A stretch of DNA of 64,000 nt from Negaprion brevirostris (taxonomy: Eukaryota), in the NCBI GenBank assembly GCA_030324005.1, contig JARDVH010000193.1:82477012-82541011 (forward strand). Reading direction: 5' to 3'. A program made the position numbers and the translations under genes. Under the pieces are notes generated by a model. The model was given only the letters and a program-made list of their open reading frames with translations. It was not told the origin of the DNA and made no database searches. Below are positions 12,283 through 23,819 of the stretch, piece after piece (the first letter of the stretch is position 1; each line of letters begins with the position of its first letter).

Positions 12283-13859
12283 AGTTGTCCAATACCATCT
12301 CCTTGAAATTTTTTTTTTGTTTTGCCAAACGTGGAAGAGTCTTTCCCAATGGGAAAACATATTTTGGAGTGTTCAGAAAAAAATGACCACATCTTTAAAC
12401 AGTTCTTAAGATAGTTTTTCAGCGCTCCACTGAGGAGAGTCCACACTAGGATGGGAGTGAGAAACACTGCACAACACAAATTCACTATGCGTGAATCTGA
12501 ATATGGCCACTGCATGCAACTTACATCCATCAAAACAATAAAGTATCCCTTTTCCGTGAATATGACCCTTCCCCTCGCCTCTCCCCACTATGAGTAGTAC
12601 AGCTTGCCATTCAGTTCTGTGATGTGACTGGCTCAGAGATTGTAGAAATGCAATATGTCATTCCCAACACCCTGAAGCAGTAGGTTTCAGAATTAAGTGT
12701 TAAAACCACAAAGGATCACATGAGGTTTATGTTATTCAAAATAAAACTCAACTGGGACAATTGCTCTGGATGTAATTCACCCTTGGGGCTTCAGGTGTTG
12801 CTGACTGATTCACATGGGTGTTGTTCCCCATGCTTTGTTAACCCCACCTGTAGCTGCCATGCCCTTTTAGAAAGCTTAGTAATGTAATTGATTTGAGTTT
12901 TCACTCAATGTAACACTGCCATCTTCTGAGTGTTGTTGATTGTAAATCAGTTTGTCCGAAATATTTCACCAGATTAAGATGAAGGGAGCTACATTAATGA
13001 TTCTTTTTTACTCCTCAAACTTCAAATGAGATCTTGGTCTTTGAGTTCATCACCCAAGCTCAGCTATTTCTTCCTCCTCTTGAGAACGACGACTGTTTCC
13101 GTATATTCCAGCTCATCTTCAAATGCTGATTGGGTTTCTGTGATTCACCCAGAGATAGTCACGCGCTCTCAGTAATGCCCTCATTCTAGCGAGTGTACTT
13201 GGGCTGACGTTTCAATAAGACCTTCTAATGGGATGAGTGAATCAGCTAAAATATTGCTTCATCGCAGTTGATCTTCTGATCATTCTTTCTGTCGACATTT
13301 ATCACCTGTGGGGGCTCGATTGGACAGGAATTCCACTCTGAATTGTAAAACAGATTATTTTATGCAGAGTGATATTTCCTTTTTGTAAATTAAATTTTGT
13401 GTCATGTCATATGATGGCTTATGTGATTATATATTAATTTTTCTTACAGTTATTCATTTCTAATTTCCTTTCATTCTGTAGTGAAGGCACTGAATTTCAC
13501 TAACATACTGTTCCCCAGGTACTCACAGTCCTCTGAAACTTTGTCCAAATGACTGTCTTTAATATGTGAGTTCAACCAGTGAGTGTCCTGTTATAAACCA
13601 TGTTTGATATTGAAAATTATTTTATTTATTGAGTGAACTGAAACATCAGTCAGTTTTTAAAAAATGAACATCATTTTAAGTAACTTAAACAGCAGCTCCT
13701 AAGATGGCCGAACATTCACATTTACATATAACCAAGCCATCAGCAAAACAGCAGGCTGTCTAAAAATAACCCAACGGAGACTATCAACTTAGATAAACGT
13801 AACTGATCCATTCACAAAATATCCTAACACAACATGTGTGTTCAATTGGGTGTGGACCA

Positions 13860-15445
13860 ATACCAAGATTGAGTATGTGGACATTAAGAAAGAGGATGTG
13901 TTGGGAATTTTGAATAGCATCAAGATAGATAAGTTTCCGGGACCGGATGGGGTGTACCCCAGGTTACTGTGGGAGGCGAGGGAAGAGATTGCAGAACCTC
14001 TGGCGATGATCTTTGTGTTGTCGATGGAGAAGGGAGAGGTTCCGGAGGATTGGGGGATTGAGGATGTGGTTCATATATTCAAGAAAGCGAATAGGGATAG
14101 CCCAGGAAATTACCGACTTACTAACGTCAGTCGTTGGTAAGTTGATGGAGAAAATTCTGAGGGACAGGATTTCTGAACATTTAGAGAAGTTTAGTATGCT
14201 CAATAGTAGTCAGCATGGCTTTGTCAAAGGCAGATCGTGCCTTACGAGCCTGGTTGAGTTCTTTGAAAATGTGATTAAACAGATTGACGAAGGAAGAGCT
14301 GTAGATGTGGTTTATATGGACTTCAGCAAGGCGTTTGATAAGGTCCCCCATGCAAGACTTATTGAGAAAGTGAGAGGGCATGGGATCCAAGGGGCTGTTG
14401 CCTTGTGGATCCAGAACCGGCTTGCCTGCAGAAGGCAGAGAGTGGTTGTGGATGGGTCTTTTCTGCATGGAGGTTGGTCACCAGTGGAGTACCCTAGGGA
14501 TCTGTTCTGGGATCCTTGCTGTTTGTAATTTTCATAAATGACCTGGATGAGGAAGTGGAGGGATGGGTTGGTAAGTTTGCCGACGACACGAAGGTTGGTG
14601 GTNNNNNNNNNNNNNNNNNNNNNNNNNNNNNNNNNNNNNNNNNNNNNNNNNNNNNNNNNNNNNNNNNNNNNNNNNNNNNNNNNNNNNNNNNNNNNNNNNN
14701 NNNNNNNNNNNNNNNNNNNNNNNNNNNNNNNNNNNNNNNNNNNNNNNNNNNNNNNNNNNNNNNNNNNNNNNNNNNNNNNNNNNNNNNNNNNNNNNNNNNN
14801 NNNNNNNNNNNNNNNNNNNNNNNNNNNNNNNNNNNNNNNNNNNNNNNNNNNNNNNNNNNNNNNNNNNNNNNNNNNNNNNNNNNNNNNNNNNNNNNNNNNN
14901 NNNNNNNNNNNNNNNNNNNNNNNNNNNNNNNNNNNNNNNNNNNNNNNNNNNNNNNNNNNNNNNNNNNNNNNNNNNNNNNNNNNNNNNNNNNNNNNNNNNN
15001 NNNNNNNNNNNNNNNNNNNNNNNNNNNNNNNNNNNNNNNNNNNNNNNNNNNNNNNNNNNNNNNNNNNNNNNNNNNNNNNNNNNNNNNNNNNNNNNNNNNN
15101 NNNNNNNNNNNNNNNNNNNNNNNNNNNNNNNNNNNNTCAGAGGCTTTTTCCCAGGGCTGAAATGGTTGCTACGAGAGGACACAGGTTTAAGGTGCTGGGG
15201 AGTAGGTACAGAGGAGATATCATGGGTAAGGTTTTCACTCAGAGGGTGGTGGGTGAGTGGAATCGGCTGCTGTTGGTGGTGGTGGAGGCAAATTCAATAC
15301 GGTCTTTTAAGAGACTCCTGGATGAGTACATGGGACTTAATAGGATTGACGGTTATAGGTAAGCCTAGTAGATAGGGATATCATCAGTGCAACTTGTGGG
15401 CCGAAGGGCCTGTTTGTGCTGTAGTTATTCTATGTTGTATGTTCT
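13860..15445 (+). mobile_element. 5'-truncated CR1/HER1 LINE (RT domain + 3' UTR)
   Basis: KFPGPDGVYPRLL, QHGFVKGRSCLTSL, VYMDFSKAFDKVPH, KFADDTKVGG, TRGHRFK and the tail GGGCCGAAGGGCCTGTTTGTGCTG...TTCTATG. Confidence 0.95.
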
Positions 15446-15959
15446 AAGCCTTTAGCTCAATCACTTGGACAATGGATCCTGGCCAAGGTGGAACTCCACT
15501 GACCATATAACCTAAACATATTTAAACAATGGTCTTGGAACAAGTTTCATATGACCATGTTTGTGTAACCAACAGTTTGTGAGTGAAGATCATGTGATGA
15601 CCAAGCTTTCTTGGTGCTTCAAGGAGCTGTCTCTTTCCAGGCCGGTCAGTGTGTGACCAGGGCCGAGTTGAGGATGTCAAGATGCTGCAGTATATTCAAG
15701 CTTGGCAGCTGGTGATAGCAAGGAAACTGGTTGAAGTCTGAGGACTTGAGTATTTAAAAAGGTGCAGCATTTGAAGACAGATGCTGAAAACATGTCAAGT
15801 AAATGCAAATATACTCAAGTGTTGCCAAAGTCTTTGAGTAAGCCTTCAATAGTTGGAACTTATGAAAGAATGCTCGCTTTTGTCTTTTCTGGAGGTGATC
15901 TTGCTAGTTCACTGAGCAGAAGGAGACTTTGGTATGAATGGGAGTGATAAGATTGGATT

Positions 15960-16870
15960 GCATGATAATAGCATCACATGTATGGTTAGAGGCAATGGCA
16001 ACGACATGTATCAGAGCATGCTCACACAGTGTAAGGGGCTACATGTTACTGTCTCCTTTTGTAGCTCCCACAAGTCCCAGTACCACTCATTCACATCCCC
16101 ACACCCTCCCACTCCACTGGGCCACTTCATCCTTTGGTATCAGCAGGAGAAAATATGTCCAAGAGGCACCTTCACATCCAATTAGTTCATTTTCCATCAA
16201 CACATGTCTATGTGCCCAGAGAGCCTCTCTGATAGCCTTGATACAACTGTGTGCGACTGACTGTGAGATGCCGCGGAAATCTTCAGCTGAGCCCTGGACA
16301 GAGCTAACAACATAAAAATTCAGAGCCACCATAACCTTGAGAGCCATGCATGTGACATGTGGATAAACAAACTACGTTGCCAGATTTTGTTGCACCATAG
16401 CACATGTGTCAGCAACCAATTCCCAAGTTAACCCGTACCTTCTTCTGCATTGGTTCTCTGACACAACACATGATCTCCACACCCAGTAGATCTATAGCTT
16501 GGGTCAAAGCCTGGTTGTCCTCCTCCTCCTCCTGGCCTTGTCCCATCCTGGCCTCACATTGTTTCTGTCCACATGCTTCTTGGGAGCCTCTATTCAAAGA
16601 CTCCATCTTCAGTTTTGCAGCTTCTATGCCACAATTTGCACACTTCCCCTTATCTGGTACATTCTCCTTCTTCCCATTTGGGTGCCTGAATCATAAGAGG
16701 CAAAAGTATTTATCCTTCCAAGGCCATAAGCCCCACTCAAATTCCCTTCAACTCCCCATTTAAAATGGTGAGTGTCGGATATGGGAGAGGGACTTCCAGA
16801 TCCTGGTATCTGCTGTCATTTTGGCTAAGGTATGGAGACCTTCCACCTTGGTGAACATTTGGGCCATGGA
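15960..16870 (-). mobile_element. Decayed Harbinger element (HARBI1-like N-terminus)
   Basis: ORF 16087..16347: ALKVMVALNFYVVSSVQGSAEDFRGISQSVAHSCIKAIREALWA, with an acidic/Q-rich upstream segment. Confidence 0.75.
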
Positions 16871-17375
16871 GGACATTATATCAGCTAATTCAGCACATAT
16901 TAAAAAGAAACTTGGAATTCTTTTGTTCTGTGGAGCTCAGTGCCTCACTGGTGATGTACTTAATCACTGAGTTAGCAGCAAGTCAGCCAATGTTTTGTAA
17001 TTTTGCCAAATCCATTTAGAAAGCATCATATTACAGTTGCTCAGAGCTTCAATTCTGAACTGCGCAGACCATTCAAAGAGGGAAATAGCAAATTCAACTG
17101 CACTGTTACTTATAGTTAAAGGCTTGGTAACCTGCATGATTAAAGCTGCCAAAGGAAGAAAGACTTACATTTATATAGTGCCTTTCACAACCAAAAATGT
17201 TCTAAAGCATCCTACAGCTAATTTTAAAGTATAATGCCTGCAGTAGGAAACTTGGCGACAGACTCCGACAAACAGGGATGGGATAATGACCAAATGGTCA
17301 GTTTTTGTGATATTGATTGAGGGGTAACCTTTGGTCAGGATAATGGGGTCATTGCGCTGTTCCACTTCAAAATTG

Positions 17376-17502
17376 TGGGTAGGATTTTCCAACTGCGCTC
17401 GCTCCAAGGCTGGAAAATCCCACCTGAGGTAACAGACCTTTGCATGAACCGTGTCCCGCCAGTTTCAATTCCAATGGTGGGCAAGATGGAAATATTCCGC
17501 CC
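17376..17502. mobile_element. About 127-bp Harbinger-like MITE
   Basis: Termini GGGTAGGATTTTCC and GGAAATATTCCGCCC; internal inverted repeat GGATTTTCCA/TGGAAAATCC. Confidence 0.65.
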
Positions 17503-17519
17503 AGTATCATGGAATCTTT

Positions 17520-17630
17520 TAGGAACATAGGACCAGGAGTAGGTCATTCAGCCTGTCGAGCTTGCTCCACCACTCAATACAATCATAGCTTAAACAGGAA
17601 CTTCAATGCCTTTTACACCCACTATCCATA
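17520..17630 (-). mobile_element. CR1 3' tail fragment
   Basis: GAACATAGGACCAGGAGTAGGTCATTCAGCCTGTCGAGCTTGCTCC is the reverse of the CR1 tail type seen at 37930-38010. Confidence 0.6.
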
Positions 17631-17679
17631 CGAACATTTAGCCGAGAGCCAGAGTTAAGTGTCTCATCCAGAAACAGCA

Positions 17680-17806
17680 GGCAGAATTCTCTGGCCTCAC
17701 TGGCCTAAAAGCCGGAAATGCCCACCCGAATGTCAATGGTGTTTCATGTTCTCCGCAACCTGCCCGCTAAAACTCCAGGGGCGGACAGGATGGGAGAAAT
17801 CTGGCC
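17680..17806. mobile_element. About 127-bp Harbinger-like MITE
   Basis: Termini GGCAGAATTCTC and GAGAAATCTGGCC, flanked by a short CAG/AGCA duplication. Confidence 0.65.
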
Positions 17807-18914
17807 AGCACCTCCAGCATGCAGCAGTTGCTCAGCATTACACTGAACTTTCAACCATGATTCTTGTGCTCAAATCCTGGGATGGAACTTAAACCCATAG
17901 CCTTATGACTCAGAGCTAAGAGTGCTACCGACTAAGTCACAGCTGGTCCTAAGATGAATAAAGACCTTATATGCACTTGATGTTTTTCAAACCAATTCCC
18001 AGAATAATTCAATGCTTTCTGCAAAGCGGAGGAGGAAAATAGAAAGAAAAAAAAATCATGCACTTGGATCTCACTTACTGGACATCGTGCAGTAATTGAT
18101 TGCTGTTTGTTGAAAATAGGCTGATCTTTCTAAGGACAGAAGCAGAATACCATCTATATCCGCTGACATCTGTGATACAGTTGACATTTGTAAAAGAGAA
18201 GGCTTGCAGAGATTCAATTTTCGATACTGCCCTTTTAAAATCTGTCCCTCAAGGACCAACAAATGGAAGAATATCTTTGCTTAATCTGATATTTATTATT
18301 TCAGTAAGCTTTGCACTGCTATTTCCTTAGCCTCTGCAGGGCCAGCTGTGGGTGGAATGGGAGCTGAAAAACCAAATACTTCAGCAATGTGAGGGCTGAA
18401 GGTGTTGAGGGTCACAGGAAGGACACTATAATAATGATGTTCATCTTCAGAGAAGCTGATTCCCAACAGAGATCCCTGAATGAGCTGAAACAGAAGAAGT
18501 AGAAAACCCTTTGTTAAAATCTTCTTGAAACCTCAGAGAAGGTCACGTTGCAAGGAAGTGCCTTGTATTATAATGATTCATTTCCAGTTGGTATGAAGTA
18601 TAAAGTGTACTCAGTAGCCTAACAGCTCCGGAGCTCCCAGTTTCATGCACCTATTGTAGAAATGGAGAGGGTAGAATTTTAGATCACATTCAATTTGAAA
18701 NNNNNNNNNNNNNNNNNNNNNNNNNNNNNNNNNNNNNAAGATTGGGTTGCTGCAAAACCTGCACTGGCCCACAGGCAAGTGATGGTCTCAGCGGTCAAGG
18801 ACAAGCATGGCCCCAGGAGAAGAATTATTGGCTGAGGTGCCAGATAGCAGCAACTGACATTGGTTCATGATGTTGAGGCCTGTACATGTCAGGATCCTCA
18901 TGGGTTGGAGTTCC

Positions 18915-19230
18915 TAGAATCCTTACAGTACCGAAGGAGACCATTTGGCCCAGCGACTCTGTACCGACTACATCCCACCCAGGCCCTATTCCTAAAACCC
19001 CACACATCCACTCTGCTAGTCCTCCTGACACTAGGGTCAATATACCATGGCCAAGCAACCTAACGTGCACATCTTTGGACAATGGGAGGAAACCGGAGCA
19101 CACGGAGGAAACGCATGCAAACACAGGGAGAATGTGCAACTCCACACAGGCAGTGACCCGAGGCTGGAATTGAACCAGGATCCCTGACGCTGTGAGGCAG
19201 CAGTGCTAACAACTGTGCCACCATGCCAGC
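18915..19230 (-). mobile_element. HE1-like SINE (tail A)
   Basis: Reverse complement of the same head, core and tail as 1104-1428. Confidence 0.9.
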
Positions 19231-20130
19231 CTGGCATTGGATTGGGGCAACCAGGAGAACTAGCAATCTGTGAGCTAGGGTTTAATGTAACATCAGAAGG
19301 TTTTCTCTTTTTCCTAGTGGAGTGGGCTTAGGTGTGTATGCTTATTATCTGTGATTTAGGGGACTGAGGAGGCTGCATAGCACCTGAAAAATGGATGCTA
19401 AATGCCCAGCATCTAGGCTAACATGCTGGGTGAGCTAATGCTTGGAAGATGGGATGCCCAATGCTTGTGGGAGATTGCCTCAATACCTGTGTGATTGAGA
19501 GCAGGAGTGGGGGGGTTTCCTGATGATCTGTGTGTTGGCGAGGGGGAGGGTGGGTTGCTTGTGAAGCTGNNNNNNNNNNNNNNNNNNNNNNNNNNNNNNN
19601 NNNNNNNNNNNNNNNNNNNNNNNNNNNNNNNNNNNNNNNNNNNNNNNNNNNNNNNNNNNNNNNNNNNNNNNNNNNNNNNNNNNNNNNNNNNNNNNNNNNN
19701 NNNNNNNNNNNNNNNNNNNNNNNNNNNNNNNNNNNNNNNNNNNNNNNNNNNNNNNNNNNNNNNNNNNNNNNNNNNNNNNNNNNNNNNNNNNNNNNNNNNN
19801 NNNNNNNNNNNNNNNNNNNNNNNNNNNNNNNNNNNNNNNNNNNNNNNNNNNNNNNNNNNNNNNNNNNNNNNNNNNNNNNNNNNNNNNNNNNNNNNNNNNN
19901 NNNNNNNNNNNNNNNNNNNNNNNNNNNNNNNNNNNNNNNNNNNNNNNNNNNNNNNNNNNNNNNNNNNNNNNNNNNNNNNNNNNNNNNNNNNNNNNNNNNN
20001 NNNNNNNNNNNNNNNNNNNNNNNNNNNNNNNNNNNNNNNNNNNNNNNNNNNNNNNNNNNNNNNNNNNNNNNNNNNNNNNNNNNNNNNNNNNNNNNNNNNN
20101 NNNNNNNNNNNNNNNNNNNNNNNNNNNNNN

Positions 20131-20474
20131 TATAAGATGATGAAGGGGATAGATAGAGTGGACGTGCAAAAACTATTTCCTTGGGTGGATGTAGGTGTTA
20201 TTAGGGGGCATAACTATAAGGTTCATGGTGGGAGATATAGGAGGGATGTTCAAAGTAGATTCTTCACTCAGAGACTAGTTGGGGTGTGGAATATACTGCC
20301 TGCTGTGATATTGAAGTCGGATACTTTAGGAACTTTCATGCAGTTATTGGATAGGTATCAGAATGATAGGGAGTGGGATAGCTTGATCTTGAGTTTGGAC
20401 ATAGCTCGGCACAACATTGAGGGCCAAAGGGCCTGTACTGTGCTGCACTGTTCTATATTTCTATGTTTCTATGT
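20131..20474 (+). mobile_element. CR1/HER1 3' end (5' part lost in N gap)
   Basis: YKMMKGIDRVDVQKLFP...RGHNYKV...RFFTQRLVGVWN and the tail GGGCCAAAGGGCCTGTACTGTGCTG..TTCTATG. Confidence 0.9.
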
Positions 20475-21035
20475 AACAAGGATATCCAATCGTTTGTGTC
20501 CAATCCTGTGTCCAGTTGTGCACATTTAGGCTACTACTCTGGACCATTTATCTTCCTTTTCTCTTGCTCCTTCGTGGAGCCTTCTCTCTTCTCTTGAATA
20601 CTTCACTGCTGTTAATCCCTACTCAAACTTTATTATCAGTTCGACATTTTGAAGAGTGAAGCCAAGTATCTTTGACGCCTAGCACAAACACCCTTGCTAT
20701 TGATTACCCTCCCCACTCAAAATCTTTTGTTGGGACAGATTATTCTGCAACATTGACATCTTATTTGACTGCAAGGAGTGCCTCCTAGTATTTGTGTTTT
20801 TTAAAGATTGCTTTTTCACCTCCTTAACTTTAGCCCTGCCTTACCAATTCTGCTGCTGATACCTTTTTCCATTCAGTTCTTACATCCAGATTCCAATTAT
20901 CCCAAATGCTTCGCTGGCTGGCCTCTTATCCTCGTGCTTCTAATCCTCAGCACGTCTAACAAAACCCCATTAACTCATCACTTCTTCCTTGATGACCTAC
21001 CTGGGCTCACAGATTCCCCGGATTTAAGATATAAA

Positions 21036-21343
21036 TTTAGGTTTAAAGTTTATTTATTAGTGGCATCAGTAGGCTTACATGAACATAGCAATGAAGTTAC
21101 TGTGAAAATCCCCTAGTCGCCACACTCCGGTGCCTGTTCAGGTACACTGAGGGAGGATTTAGCATGGCTAATCCACCTAACCACTGTGTCTTTCAGACTG
21201 TAGGAGGAGACTGAAGCACTTGGAAGAAACCCACGCAGAAATGGGGGAAAAGTGTAGACTCCACACAGACAGTGACTCAAGCTGGGAATCAAATCCAGGT
21301 TTCTGAAGCTGTGAGGCAACAGTGCTAACCACTATGCTACCAT
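21036..21343 (-). mobile_element. HE1-like SINE with alternative tail B
   Basis: Same head and core as the tail-A copies, but ends (minus strand) GGCGACTAGGGGATTTTCACAGTAACTTCATTGC...AATAAATAAACTTT. Confidence 0.85.
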
Positions 21344-22374
21344 AATTATTATCCTTGTACAAAAATCCCTTCATGTCCTCACTCCTTCCTGTCTTTATAA
21401 CTGCCTCCAAATCTAGAAGCTTCTTCCTTGACCTCATCATTCACTCTACTCTGGCCAGTTGTAGATTCAAAGAGAACTGCGTGTGTCTCTTTCTTTAGAT
21501 TTTAAACCCATTGATTGTGAAAAATAGGAGTGTTTAAAGTAGTTTGCAACCTCTTAACAAGGTATTCACAACATTTAAGGACAGCACAATAATCTCCCCT
21601 TTTCCCAGGAATACATCAGGAGATGGAGGGAAGAAAAAAGAAACAAGCTTTACGAAAGGGAAAGAAATGAATTTTCCAACTAACTATATATATATGTTGA
21701 TAATATAAAGATCTTGTTAATATTCTTTTCCAGTTGAAATAAATACAAATTCCATTGTCTACTCGCACTCCCAGCATTCACTAAATAAATAGTCAAAAAT
21801 CTAAACTTTCTTGGGGCATGAACGTAAAATAAATCATGTTTGTATTTCTCTTTGGACTCCCATGTAAAATTAATGGACCGTCAGTAACTATAGGGCAAAG
21901 TTCCCTGACCTTTGCACTCTCATTTCCAATTTGTATTCCTAGTGTGCGAAGGTTCAGATTAGCAAAACCTCTACTATATTTTCTGTCCAATGCAAGTAAT
22001 ACTTGGTATAACTGTAGCTTAAGTTACAAAGTCTGGCTTCTTTTTTTTTTCAAAGTTTTTGACTAGATTTTGCTAGTTTTCTCAGTTATCCTGTATAAGT
22101 AAGAAGAGAAGTCTGCAAAACATTTTCACCATAAGTGTGAGGCAGCTGTGACAGAGGGACAGCACAGTAAATTGGGTGCATTAAGGTGGGAATGCTGTGA
22201 CAGCTTCGTGTTATTAAAAGGATGAACTTATTGTAAAAAAAGACACTCGTCTGTTCTACGTGGTCTTATGTTCTTAATTGTATCTATAATTTAGANNNNN
22301 NNNNNNNNNNNNNNNNNNNNNNGGAACATATTATAGTCACAATAAAGGGAATGATCAATTATTTGTGTGCCTCA

Positions 22375-22530
22375 CTGCCCGTGTCTCTCAGCACTGTGGG
22401 TGTATCTAGACTCAGGGACTGCAGCAGTTCAAGAAGGCAGATCACCATTACCTTTTTAAAGGTAACTAGAGATGGTTAATAAATGCTGTCTTAGCCAACA
22501 ATGCCCACATCCCATGCATGGTTATTAAAA
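22375..22530 (+). mobile_element. Old CR1-like LINE 3' end (…AATAAATGCT…CCCACATCCC tail)
   Basis: GGACTGCAGCAGTTCAAGAAGGCAG..CACC..AATAAATGCTG..GCCCACATCCCATG. The same tail recurs at about 2220, 27650, 36975, 58260 and 61030. Confidence 0.65.
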
Positions 22531-23819
22531 AAAATTGTATGCAACTTCACTTTTAACATGTACTGAAGCCCATCAGAGTTCTAATCATTGGTAACATCAG
22601 TGTTTTTAGATTTTAATGTGGAACAGGCCCATGGCTGACAGATTTGTGGCTCACAGGAATCCCAGGTTAAATGCATTGCTCACCCCATAAAGAATAACAC
22701 TGGAGTGGGTACACTTCACCCAGAAAGAGAGAATGAGTGAGTGATACACAAAGTCAGACAAAGAAGTGGATAGAAAGATACACATAGAGGTATATTGAAT
22801 TAGAGACAGATAGTGATGAATAGAAAAACATATATTTAGATCAGAGAACTATATTGAATAGACAAATGTACAGATGAATAGATATATAGATGAAATAGGT
22901 CACGACAGGTCAATATGGATAGAAAGATCAATAAAGACACGGAGGAAATAATGGATCGCCAAGATGAAACAAATCACAGCAGGGGTGATTTTAACTAGAA
23001 ATGAATGTTAAATGAGTAGAGGGAAAATTGAGTGCCCAAGTCCCCAACAACATCAATCTAAAGCATGAGATATTTTAACACCTAGGCAACTGGCCACCTG
23101 AAACAGGCAGAAAAAGGCAGCTGTGCAATGGTTGGCTGATTAAAATCACACAGCCCCAAAGCTGCCCACATCTGGAAAGTCAATGACAAGGAGGGAGCTT
23201 TCCGCAGTGGGGAGGTGAGTATGTGTTTGAGGCAGCAACTATCTAAGGCTCCTCCTGACCTATCAAAGGAAAGTTTAACATTTACCTCTTTTGGCTCCTT
23301 CAGTTTTTGGAGCAGCTTTCACTGAATGGGGCTGGCACCCCACATACGCCAAAGGGAAAATTGGCATCTGATTGACAATGGAACTCCAATTTGTATAAAT
23401 GCATGATGCATCTGCCTGATTTAAGTGGGCACCTCATCTGCTGCCAAAAGCAGTGGCATTAAATTCCCCAAGGAGCGAGAACAGAGTGAGTAATTGCTCT
23501 CCTTTTTTTAAAACTATGTCTCTAGCCATGATTTGAGCAGTTACGGGAATTTAAAATTCTCATCAGACAGGCACAGAGATTTTTATATTTTGGGGATCTT
23601 GGTTGGGTCAGTTTTCATTATAACCAGTTTGATCAATGCAATGATGTTGCGGCATGCATATTCCATCTGATAATTTTGGAGATATAACTCCAGATGGAAT
23701 TTGTTGCTGATCTGACTAATTGCCATCTTCTTTAAATTTGTTTACTCAGTGGAATGAAGAGGAAGCGTGGGTCGTACAGGTAACATATCTGACTGCTGGC
23801 AATCCATGCTGAGAGTTAC

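Larger units (their letters stand above)
17160..17945 (-). mobile_element. SacSINE1/DeuSINE-like SINE carrying three nested insertions
   Basis: L2-type tail at 17160-17215 (ACTTACATTTATATAGTGCCTTTC), core segments at 17215-17372 and 17640-17678, and a tRNA-like head at 17807-17945 (GGAACTTAAACCCATAGCC...AGAGTGCTACCGACTAAGTCAC). Confidence 0.65.

Noticed and set aside
22070-22105. 13-nt microexon-like TTTTCTCAG|TTATCCTGTATAA|GTAAG
   Set aside because: Not frame-preserving, with a weak donor context in AT-rich DNA; likely chance.
22725-22950. Purine-rich GATA/GACA-like stretch
   Set aside because: Degenerate low-complexity microsatellite relic.
23631-23715. Possible C/D box snoRNA (ATGATGT…CTGA)
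   Set aside because: The C box is imperfect, the interior is a long hairpin, and no rRNA guide complementarity was recognised.
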